Assembly: GCF_009914755.1 (NCBI RefSeq)
Contig: NC_060929.1
Source of the DNA: the human T2T-CHM13v2.0 reference genome, Homo sapiens
DNA length: 64,000 bases
Strand: one strand, 5' to 3'
The translations under genes were made by a program, and so were the position numbers. Below are positions 40,071 through 64,000 of the stretch, in pieces; position 1 is the stretch's first letter, and each line of letters opens with the position of its first letter. The notes under the pieces were generated by a model. It was given only the letters and a program-made list of their open reading frames with translations. It did not search any database and had not been told where the DNA came from.

Positions 40071-40820
40071 TTAGTCCAGGAATTCGAGGCTGCAGTGAGG
40101 TATAATTATACACTGCACTCCAGCTTGGGTGACAGCGAGGCCCCATCTCTATCAAAAACTTTTAAAAAGGAGAATATTAGAGAAATCATATGTGAGTTCA
40201 GACTTCATACCTTCACATGGTAGCCCTGTAATCTTGTGCCTCATTTTCCACATCTGAAAACAAGGATAGTTAACTACCTCATAAGGCTTTTGTGAGGACG
40301 AAATGAGTTAATGTGTGTGTAAAGTCCTTAGCAAAATGCCTGGTACGTAAAAGTACTCACTTGATAACTGGTAGCAAGCCTCATTATATTCTGAATTTAC
40401 CTTTGTCTTTTCTCACGTATGTACCCTCCTTCTCCCTCCTCAGTTCCTCCTCTTTAGCAAATACTTTTCTTATTTCTCTTCATCAAAACACTCATATTCT
40501 GAAGTTTCCCCTTACCTCTTCATTTCAAAGATCTTTACACCTTCCTCTGTTAATTCTGTGTGCTGCTTGTAACTATTTAGCATAAATTTTAGGAGAGAGT
40601 CTCCTTCATCCCACCATCTTCCATAGTGCTTTTTATAAACAAGAAGGGATTGGGATTTGTATTCTTTAAGAATATAACAGGGACTGGCTTGGCTTGAGCT
40701 TTTTGGAATCCCTGCCCAGGAGATAATAGGGTCCCAGAAGTGTGTCCTGCCTACACTAGCTTCTTTTTTAAACCTTTGAACCGTCTCTGTTTTAGTACAG
40801 GTTGACAATCCCTAATCTGA

Positions 40821-41210
<390 letters not shown>

Positions 41211-41439
41211 TAAGGTAGAATAAGCATGGGCCCTAAACCTAACACTAGGCTGGGTTTAAATCAGTTTCAATCTTGCAATGAGTACTTACTTAATATCTTG
41301 AACTCCATCTTAATAATGAGCCTAATAATACTTGTATTTTTTGTAAGAAATGGAGATAATGATTTTAAAGGGACAGTCATGGAATAAACCTTTAATAACG
41401 TGGTAGTTCTTGTTTACTAACTTTGTTCCTTTATTACAG

Positions 41440-41709
41440 GACATTTTCTACATTGAAAACCAAAAGGAATATGAAAATAAAAAAGCTGCTAGGAAGAGGA
41501 GAACACAAGTGTTGGGGAAAAAGATGAAACAAGCTATTAAAAGTCTAAATTTTCAAGAAGATGATGATACATCACGAGAAACTTTTGCAAGTGACACGAA
41601 TGAGGCCTTGGCCTCTCTTGATGAGTCACAGGAAGGACATGCAGAAGCCAAGTTGGAGGCAGAGGAAGCCATTGAAGTTGATCATTCTCATGATTTGGAC
41701 ATCTTTTAA
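41440..41709 (+). CDS. PHAX: PHAX coding exon 5 (270 nt to TAA); total CDS 1185 nt = 394 aa, phosphorylated adaptor for RNA export
   Basis: TACTAAC branch point 41415-41421, ttacag|GAC acceptor; exon lengths 96+614+121+84+270 = 1185. Confidence 0.97.
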   Translation, partial: DIFYIENQKEYENKKAARKRRTQVLGKKMKQAIKSLNFQEDDDTSRETFASDTNEALASLDESQEGHAEAKLEAEEAIEVDHSHDLDIF

Positions 41710-41757
41710 GTACATTTTCAACAGTTTGAGGACTAAGCCTTTCTAAAATAACATTGT

Positions 41758-41763
41758 AATAAA
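41758..41763 (+). terminator. Candidate proximal poly(A) signal of PHAX
   Basis: AATAAA 49 nt after the stop codon. Confidence 0.55.
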
Positions 41764-42179
41764 CCATTTTTACTGAGATTGCAACGTTTTGCACTGATAA
41801 ACATGAGAATCTGGAGGAAAGACAATTGTTTTCTTGTTTAAAATATGTGTGGAAAGGAATGCAATTGATAGAACATTTAAAGATATATCTGACAAAATAC
41901 TTAAGAGTATATAGCACAGGATTTAATTTCTCAATCTGTTGCATGTGCTAATTATGAGTATTACTAGTTGATAATCAGTTTTGTCTAGGTCATAACATAC
42001 CATTTGTAAGTTTGTTTGCTTTTTCAGGTTTATCTTTGCAGTGAATTATGCTTTGCTTTAAAACATTCCGCTAAAATCATAATGGGACATATAAATTATT
42101 AAGCTGTTAGAAATGCATTCAAATTTGTTTTTTCTGTGTTCTAAGAACTCAGGCAATTTTAAGGATAAAAACTAACATT

Positions 42180-43819
<1,640 letters not shown>

Positions 43820-44088
43820 TTACTCATTTTTATTAATGAAGAAAATAAGGTAGTTTAGACATTCCAAGAGTTAACTATAGTTTACAAAAATATATTAAGC
43901 AAAAATATGCTTGATATATTAAGCAGAAATGTTGTATATTAAGCAAAAATGTAAAATTCAGCAATTATAAACTGTTCCTTACAGACAGTGTACTTGAAGT
44001 CTTTTGGTAGTTCTGAGAATGTGGTCATTGAAGTTGGATCTAAGAGGAAAGTGGTTATCGGTTGCTTTTTATTTATAAAGGATGCAAA

Positions 44089-44094
44089 AATAAA
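44089..44094 (+). terminator. Candidate distal poly(A) signal of PHAX (long 3' UTR)
   Basis: AATAAA in unique AT-rich sequence, followed by U-rich tracts. Confidence 0.5.
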
Positions 44095-44418
44095 ATTAGA
44101 TTTTTGGCAGTCCTTAATGAGCTTCAAGTGATTATATTTTTAAATCTTGAATGTTTTTTCATAAAAATGCTATAGCCAAGAAAAATATTTTTAAAAGGTA
44201 ATTGGATATTGACCCTAAGACAATTTATGGGAGGTGATTTTAGAAATAGTACATTAAGAAAGATAATTATTCTGAATACTTAAATGCCACATATTAATGT
44301 AAATATTGCCAATTTTTCTAGCAAAAGTTATGCCTTTTAAAGGGCGTTGATGCCTGAAGCTACTTTATCTTCATCAAGATTGTTTCTTCCCCACACCTTC
44401 CTGGTTTTTTAGCAATAG

Positions 44419-45314
<896 letters not shown>

Positions 45315-45362
45315 CAGTTTTTAAGGTTCTTTAAAAATTTATCGGCCCGGCATGGTGGCTCA

Positions 45363-45640
<278 letters not shown>

Positions 45641-46039
45641 TTATCTAAGATGACTCTGAACCTTTCTGGCTATCCAAATCAAGATGTGCAAACTGTTCTT
45701 AGGTATGTATTCTTTTAGTTTATGCTCTCATCAAACCAGCATATCTTGCAGTAATTCTTCCTGCTTAGCCTAATAATATTTTTTCTACTTGCCAGTGGGT
45801 AGGACTTACACTAATAACCATCCACCTCTCTGTTATAGTAGTTTAAGCATTTATCCTCACTAGTAACCTTTCTTTATTAAAATCAGTTTTCATAACCTAA
45901 AATATTCTGCAATATGACAAATCTTAGGGGATAAAATAGGCTGGATTGGTTTGAGTTTAAACAAATTGGATTTACACTCTTGAGCTGCATGTAATAGATG
46001 GTGAAACATAAATGGGACACATATCAGTTGTGCAGTATA

Positions 46040-47410
<1,371 letters not shown>

Positions 47411-47666
47411 GGTGGCATACGCAATATATAAAGAGGAAAATCAGCCACGGACCAATACAGAATGTTAATTTGAAGTGATTATTTTTTAATTACTGAATAA
47501 TTGTTCAGTTCAACGTATTTTCTAGTATGTGTCAAATTTGTGTCACAAACATCTTCATTTTTAATTGCTCATTATAAGAATGATGTTCTACTCAAAAAGG
47601 AATTTGTTTTATTTTGTTTTGTTTTGTCTTGTTTTTTGGAGACAAGGTATTGCTTTGTTGCCCTGA

Positions 47667-47828
<162 letters not shown>

Positions 47829-48094
47829 TGAGATGGAATCTTGCTCTGTCACCCAGGCTGGAGTGGAGTGGCATCATCTCTGTTTGCCGCAACCTCTGCC
47901 CCCGGATTCAAGCAATTCTCCTGCCTCAGCCTCCCAAGTAGCTGGGATTACAGGCGCACACCACCATGCCTGGCTAATTTTTGTGTTTTTAGTAGAGAAG
48001 GTGTTTTACCATGTTGGCCAGGCTGGTCTTGAACTCCTGACCTCAAGTGATCCACCTGCCTCGGACTCCCAAAGCGCTGGGATTACAGGCATGA

Positions 48095-48271
<177 letters not shown>

Positions 48272-48313
48272 TGAAAATAGCTCTGAGCTGGACACTTTTT
48301 TTTTTTGATTTAG

Positions 48314-48412
<99 letters not shown>

Positions 48413-48575
48413 TGAGTAGCTGGGATTACAGGCACCCACCACCACACCTGTGAGCTGGACACTCTTAACTGCTACTGTAACTGCCGAGAGTTACTATGAA
48501 GTTAGCAAAACATTGTTACATCAGAGCAGCGTTGTCATCATAATTAGACTAGTGAGTTAGTGAAGTTTTAGATGA

Positions 48576-48686
<111 letters not shown>

Positions 48687-49120
48687 TAAGGATTTATGGG
48701 ATTCTGGGGTTTTTTGTTTGCTTGTTTTGCAACCTGGGAGCCACAAAGATACGGTCAATAACTTTGTGTTCCCCTTTGGCATCTATACAGAAAGCTTTAT
48801 GTTCCAGAGGGAAATATGTGTGCAGGGAAAGCAAATCTGACCTGAGTGTAGAGCATACATAAATTCAGAAGCCAATATAGTTTCTGTTTTTTGTGGCTGG
48901 CCAGACATTTCCTTTAGGCAGTCGGTAGGCCTGAGGCAAATCTAGGTGCCTTGCCTTTTCCCTTAAAGTCAAGTTAAAATGGGCAGGGTGCAGTGGCTCA
49001 CGGCTGTAATGTCAACAGTTTGAGAGGCCAAGGTGGGTGGTTCACTTGAGGTCAGGAATTCGAGACCAGCCTGACCAACATGGCAAAACCCCAGCTGGGC
49101 ATGATAATGCACTCCATCTC

Positions 49121-49154
<34 letters not shown>

Positions 49155-49360
49155 AGATTAAAATGGACATTGTGGGCAAATTGTAAAGGACAGCATGCAG
49201 TTAGAATTACAGATACCTGGCCCTGACTTGATCTTGCTGATACATGGGTACTTAAATGGTTATCTTTTAGCTGAGTTTCAATGGCACAGCCGTCTGTCCT
49301 GCAACAGCAGGGGACCAAACATGAATGCACAACTGCCTCCAGTGCCTGGAATGATGCTAA

Positions 49361-49540
<180 letters not shown>

Positions 49541-49643
49541 TAAGGAAAAAAAACAAAAACAAAAACATTAAGCCGGATGCGGTGACTTGTGCCAATAATC
49601 CTAGCACTTTGGGAGACCGAGGCGGGTGGATCACTTGAGGTCA

Positions 49644-49903
<260 letters not shown>

Positions 49904-51774
49904 GTATGTCTGTGATAGACGTGTGTAACTATACAAAAACTATTTTGATGTACTGTCACAAACTTGCAAACAAATGTTAAATAGTAATATCTGTTTAAAT
50001 AACCTAATTATATACCGAAGAATTTCAGAAACTCTACATCATGCTATCTTGCAGTTGTTAAACTCATCATCAGAAGATGCCATTAATATTAAAGGTACAC
50101 TACAAAGCATATATTTTTTAGATTATACTGCATATTCAGATAGAGAGGCATGGGAATATTTTGGCTAGTTTACACATGATTTACCCATTCAATGCTCCTG
50201 TTCAGTCAGCAGTTTTATTTATTTATTCCTTTTTTTCTTTTTGGAGACAGGGTCTCGCTCTGTCATCCAGGCTGGAGTGCAGTGGCGTGATCACAGCTCA
50301 CTGCAGCCTCATCTGCTGAGCTCAATTGATCCTCCTGCCTCAGTCTCCCAAGTAGCTGGGATTACAGGTGCACATCACCACACCTTGCTAGCTTTTTGAT
50401 TTTTAGTAGAGATGGGGTCTCACTATGTCTTCCAGTTTGGTCTTGAACTCCTGAGCTCAAGCAATCCTACTGCCTCGGCCTTCCAAAATTCTAGGATTAC
50501 AGGAGTTAGCCACCACACCGGGCCTACTTTATTTATTTATTTAGAGACAGGATCTCACTCTGTCACCCAGACAGGAGTGCAATGATGCAATCATGGCTCA
50601 CTGCAGCTGCAGCAACCTCTTGGGCTCAGGTGATCCTCCCACCTCAGCCTCCTGAGCAGCTGGGACTACAGGCACATGCCACCATGCCCGGAGAGTTTTG
50701 GTATTTTTTGTAGAGATGGGATCTCTACTATGTGGTCCAGGCTGGTCTCCTGGGCCCAAGCGATTCTCCTGCCTCAGCCTCCCAAAGTGCTAGGATTACA
50801 GGCATGAACCACTGTACCCGGCTCCAGTCAGTAGTTTTATAACAGCAGGAAAACTACTATAGGTAAAATGCCGCAGCCACTGTAGAAGATAGTGAGACCA
50901 TTCTTCAAAAAATTAAACATAGAATTACCATATGATTCAGCAATTCCACTTCTAAGTATATGCTCAAAATAATTGAAAGCAGGGATTCCAACAGGCTTGT
51001 TTTAAAACATTTTCTGGCTGGCGTGGTGGCTCATGCCTGTGATCCTAGCACTTTGGGAGGCGGAGGCGGGCAGATAACCTGAGTTCAGGAGTTCAAGACC
51101 AGCCTGGCCAACATGGTGAAACCCCATCTCTACTAAAAATACAAAAATTAGCCGGGCATGATGGCACATGCCTGTAATCCCAGCTACTTGGGAGGCTGAG
51201 GCAGGAGAATCGCTTGAATCCGGGAGACACACTGCAGCAAGCCAGATCACGCCACTGCACTCCAGCCTGGGCAACAGAGCAAGACTCCATCTCAAACAAA
51301 TAAATAAATGTTTACTCAGACTTACTACAGTCTTAATATTAGTCTGCATTTCATGTAATTTAGTGGCATATCAAGGTCATTTTCAATGCCCTAAGTAGCT
51401 TCAGCATGGTGACAGTACTGACTTTTTCATTTATGAGAATTATAGGTTGTAAACTTTATAAGTTGAAATCAGTAAAGAAAAACTTTGTTTTGATTGCATC
51501 AAAACACTTATTCTTGACCTTACTTTTAGAGTATAATTCAGCATCATTTTTCAGAGCTATTTTACTTTTGCAATTTAGTTGACAGTGTTCCTACCAATGA
51601 AACTTAAATAAGTGAATTAAGTAAAGTGAATGTGCCCACACTGAGTAAATGCTAGTAAATGCTAACTTATGCTTTCCTTCCTTTTATTTATCCTCACCAT
51701 TTTTCCATTAGGAGTTAAAAACTGCATCTAACAACATTAAAAAATATAGCACACAGACTAGGTGCAGTGGCTTA

Positions 51775-52157
<383 letters not shown>

Positions 52158-52896
52158 TTAATAACTTCAAACAGTTGTTATTTATTTATTCAACAGTCAT
52201 AACAGCATCATCATACTTTAAACCTTTTTGATACTTTGTAGTTGGCAAAGCTTTTTCATTCACATATATTTTATCTGCTACTCAAAGAATCCTTTAATAT
52301 TCCCATTTTATATTTGAAAAAGCTGAGTCTTCTGGGAGTAAATGACTTGAAAAGGTCACGTTAAGTAGTGAAGCTAAAGTTCAACAATCTGCCTCCAAAT
52401 ATATCACATTTATAGTCTGCATGACTCTTTCTGGTAGTCAGATCACACTGACCCACAAAGCATTGCTTTTAGAAAAGGGATGTTCCTCTGTTCAGCAGAG
52501 CTTCCTTCTCAACAAGGATAGTTAGAAAAACTATTGGGAAACTTCCATCATTTTTGGAGAGGGGATGGGGTCTCACTCTGTTGCCCAGGCTGAAGTGCAG
52601 GGGTGTGATCATAGCTCACTGCAGCCTTGATTTCCCAGGATCAAGGGATTCTCTTGCCTCAGCCTCACAGACGCGTGCCACGACACCCACCTAATTTTTT
52701 ATTTTTTGTATAGATGGGGTCTTGCTCTGTTGCCCAGGCTGGTCTCAAATTCCTGAGCTCAAGCAATCTTCCTGTCTTGGCCTCCCAAATTGCTGGGATT
52801 ACAGGCATGAGCCATGGCTCCTGATGAAACTTCCTTCTTAATCTAACAAGAAAATGATGTTTGATGTGATACACAGAAGATTTTCTTTTCTCTTAG

Positions 52897-53106
<210 letters not shown>

Positions 53107-53115
53107 TGAAAGAAG

Positions 53116-53129
53116 AATAAAATAATAAA
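53116..53129 (+). terminator. Tandem poly(A) signals of TEX43
   Basis: AATAAA at 53116-53121 and 53124-53129, 10 nt after the stop codon. Confidence 0.75.
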
Positions 53130-54009
53130 GTGTTTCAATCTCTGCTCTCTTACTGTCTCTGATAAATGTTTAAGTTCGTTGTAAATTTGTATTTCACCTG
53201 CAAGTTCAATTTGTTTAAAGGTCTTAAGTCAGTTGTATAATTTATAGATTATACAACCTTTAGCAAGGAAACAGACTCTGAGATAATCTGAGATGAAGTG
53301 GAGGAAGAAGGAAAACTGCCTTGCTGACATTCATTTCACACTAACTACATAAGAATCAGCAGACCAGTCCAGTTCCACTGCCTAACCTTACCACATTCCT
53401 CTACCTTTCTCTCCTCCTCACTATATCTTTATTATTCATCCTCTTTGATCTTCAATGTCAGAGGAACCAAACTGAAATAGAGTTGCAGGATGTTTAATTA
53501 ATTAATTTATTTATTTTTGAGACAGAGTCTCACTCTGTTGCCCAGTGGCTCACTGCAACCTCTGCATCCCAAGTAGCTGGGACTATAGGTGCACGCCAGC
53601 ATGCCTGGCTAATTTTTTATTTTTTGTAGAGATGGGGTTTCATCATGTTCCCCAGGCCAGTCTCAGACTCCTGAGCTCAAGTGATCCACCCACCTAAACC
53701 TCCCAAAGTGCTGGGATTACAGGTGTGAGCCACCACGCCTGGCAGGATTTGGAAATATTTTTGCTGCTTGCTGATTCCACCTAACCTCCTCTTTTCTGAC
53801 CCACGCCTCCAACACACATATATCTAAGATTCTGGATACTGGTAATTAATCACCATGGTAATTAGAAGTGTTTAGCAGACAACTCTTTGATGCATCAAAC
53901 AATTTTAGTGAGAGAGATGTACTTTCTGTATTGGTTTAGAGTATACAAGTGCCAATTTCCTACAGCAAATAATTTATTCACATAATTTGGCTGCATAAAA
54001 ACTACCATA

Positions 54010-55005
<996 letters not shown>

Positions 55006-55090
55006 AAAGGGCCAGCCAGGTGTCGTAGTGCAGGCTTGTAGTCCCAGCTACTATAGATGCTGATGCGGGATGATTGCTTGAGCCCATTAG

Positions 55091-55334
<244 letters not shown>

Positions 55335-55368
55335 TAGCCAGGATGGTCTCGATCTCCTGACTTCGTGA

Positions 55369-55752
<384 letters not shown>

Positions 55753-56294
55753 AGCACAGCTATTTTTAACGTGACAAATGCTTAGTATGCCGTCTTCATA
55801 TCGCGTGGCACATATAAATTCTGTTTAACTTATGCCAGGTGCTTCGTAGCATATCAAAGATAACTGAGATGGCAGCCTTGGATAAGAAGCGGTTCAAACT
55901 TGAGGTTCTTGGCATATCCTCACCAAAAAAGCTATTTAGTAATATAGCTGGGACTACAGGCGCACACCGCCATGCCCAGCTAATTTTTTTGTATTTTTAG
56001 TAGAGACTGAATTTCACCATGTTGACCAGACTGGTCTTGAACTCTTGAGCTGAGGCAATCCACCCACCTCGGCCTCCCAAAGTGCTGGGATTACAGGCAT
56101 GAGCCACTGTGCCCAGCCAGTAATACATTTTTTTTAAATGTTAGGTTATTTGTTTTACTTATTTGTTTATGTATTTATTTATTTTGAGACGGAGTCTTGC
56201 TCTGTCACCTAGGCTGGAGTGCGGTGGCGTGATCTCGGCTCACAGCAACCTCCGCCTCCCAGGTTCAAGCAATACTCCTGCCTCAGCCTCCTGA

Positions 56295-57527
<1,233 letters not shown>

Positions 57528-57585
57528 TCCCTGCATTCCTGGGTTAAATCACATTTAGTCAGGATGTATAAGGTGCAAGTATAAG

Positions 57586-57950
57586 TCACATCCTGACTAA
57601 ATGTGATTTGACCTAGGAATGCAGGGTTAGATTAATATCCAAGAATCAATTAATGTAACACTCTATATCAAAAGAATAAAACACAAAAGCCACATGATGA
57701 TCTCAGTAGACACTAAAAAAGCGTGTAACAAAATCTAACACTCCTTCGTGATAAAAACTAGGAATCAAAGGAAACTTCCTCAACCTGATAAAGCTCATCC
57801 ATGAAAAACCCACAGCAAAAAATTGAAAAACAAACAAAACAAAACAAAAACCCCACAGCTAATATTATAACTAATGGTGAAGAAAGATTGGATCACTTCC
57901 TCCTAAGATCAGGAAGAAGATAGAGATGGCTGCTCTCACCAATTCTATGT
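57586..57950 (+). mobile_element. L1 ORF2 fragment, sense orientation
   Basis: ...CCTAGGAATGCAGGGTTAGATTAATATCCAAGAATCAATTAATGTAA...CTAAGATCAGGAAGAAGA resembles the L1 reverse transcriptase region. Confidence 0.75.
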
Positions 57951-57954
57951 ATTA

Positions 57955-59183
57955 TAGACTCAGCTTCCTAAGCCTCATGAGGCAACCTCTGCTAGCTTCA
58001 GACTATTCTTCTGCAGCTTCCTCACCTCTCAGCTTCCCTGGATTAGGCTTTGTCTTAAGGGAATTTTGTGGCTGGTTTGACCTTCTATATGGATCACTAA
58101 AACTTTCCCCATGTCAGCAATATGACTGTTTCACTTATTAATATCATTCATGTATTCCCTGGAGTAGCACTTTTAATTTCCTTCAAGAACTTTTCCTTTG
58201 CATTCAAAACCTGGCTGTTTGGTGCAAGAGGCTTTCTTTTGGCCTATCTTGGCTTTCAACATTTCTTCACTAGGCTTAACCATTTCTAGCTTTCAATTTT
58301 GATATAGTTTGAATGTATCTTCCTGTCCAAATCTCATGTTGAAATGTAATCCCCAGCCTAGGAGGTGGGACCTGGTGGGAGGTGTGTGGATCATGCGGGC
58401 AGATCCCTCATGAATGGCTTGGGCCATCCCCTTGGTGATATGTGAGCTTTCGCTATGAGTTCACACGAGATGTGGTCCTTTAAGCGTGTAGCACTTCCCC
58501 CCACCCCGACTCTCTCTTGCTCCTGCTTTTGCCTTATGATGTGCCTGCTCCCACTTTGCCTTCCACCATGAGTAAAAGCTTCCTGAGGCCTCCCCAGAAG
58601 CCAAGCAATGGTGGTGCCATGCTTCTACAGCCTGCACAACCATTAGCCCATTTAACCTCTTTTCTTTATAAATTACCCAGTCTCAGGTATTCCTTTGTAG
58701 CAATGCAAGAACCGACTAATACAGATTTAAAGTGGGAGACGTGTGTACTTCCTTTCTCTTGAACACTTAGAAGCCATCGTAGGGTTATTAATTGGACTAA
58801 TTTCAATATTGTTGTGTCTCAGGGAATAGGGAAGTCCAAGGAGAGGGATAGGAATAGGGGAATGGCCAGTCAGTGGAGTAGTCAGAACACACACCACATT
58901 TATCCATTAAGTTTGCTGTCTTCTATGGGTGCAGCTCATGGTGCCACAAAACAATTCCAATAGTAACATCAAAGATCACTGATCACAGATCACTACAACA
59001 CATATAATAATAATGAAAAAGCTTGAAAAATTGTTAAAATTTCCAAAAAGTGACACAGAGACATAAAGCGAGTGCATGGTGTTAGAAAAATGGCACCAAT
59101 GACTTACTCAACACAGGGCTGCCACAGATCTTCGATTTGTAAAAAACAGTGTCTGCAAAACACAAGAAAATGAGGTATGCTTG
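57955..59183 (-). mobile_element. Tigger1 5' portion, interrupted by an MST LTR
   Basis: Minus strand starts CAAGCATACCTCATTTT (Tigger1 TIR-like) and runs into transposase-region sequence. Confidence 0.8.
58300..58723 (+). mobile_element. MaLR solo LTR (MSTA/MSTB-like)
   Basis: TGATATAGTTTG...GACTAATACA termini; near-TSD AATTT/GATTT. Confidence 0.85.
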
Positions 59184-59184
59184 T

Positions 59185-63960
<4,776 letters not shown>

Positions 63961-64000
63961 TTAATCTCTCCCCACCCCCATTCCCACCCCCACATCCACC

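Noticed and set aside
55785-55797. GTATGCCGTCTTC matches part of the Illumina P7 adapter
   Set aside because: Only 13 nt, and the flanks do not continue the adapter; most likely chance

Overview
Human (primate) genomic DNA, recognisable from the encoded proteins as the ALDH7A1-PHAX-TEX43 locus (5q23.2, from recall). It holds coding exons 1-4 of ALDH7A1 (antiquitin) on the minus strand, with the gene continuing left of the window. The complete 5-exon PHAX gene (394 aa) lies on the plus strand, head-to-head with ALDH7A1 and about 5.7 kb from it. A full-length processed RPLP1 retrocopy follows on the minus strand, then the complete 3-exon TEX43 gene (134 aa) on the plus strand. I checked GT-AG borders and reading-frame phase by hand for every coding exon. 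The rest is very Alu-dense, with L1/L2 relics, DNA transposons and solo LTRs; nearly all ORFs in the supplied track are Alu or simple-repeat artefacts. I found no evidence of a new multi-gene system. The most interesting details are: an SVA2-type VNTR element nested in an Alu with an 18-bp TSD; an LTR10-type solo LTR with a triple p53-like site upstream of PHAX; a (UG)18 tract next to the ALDH7A1 exon 2 donor; inverted Alus between two PHAX poly(A) signals; an RPLP1 retrocopy whose ORF is still open; and an inversion/fold-back scar at about 57-59 kb containing a 39-bp hairpin. Repeat subfamily names come from recalled consensus sequences and need RepeatMasker/Dfam confirmation.
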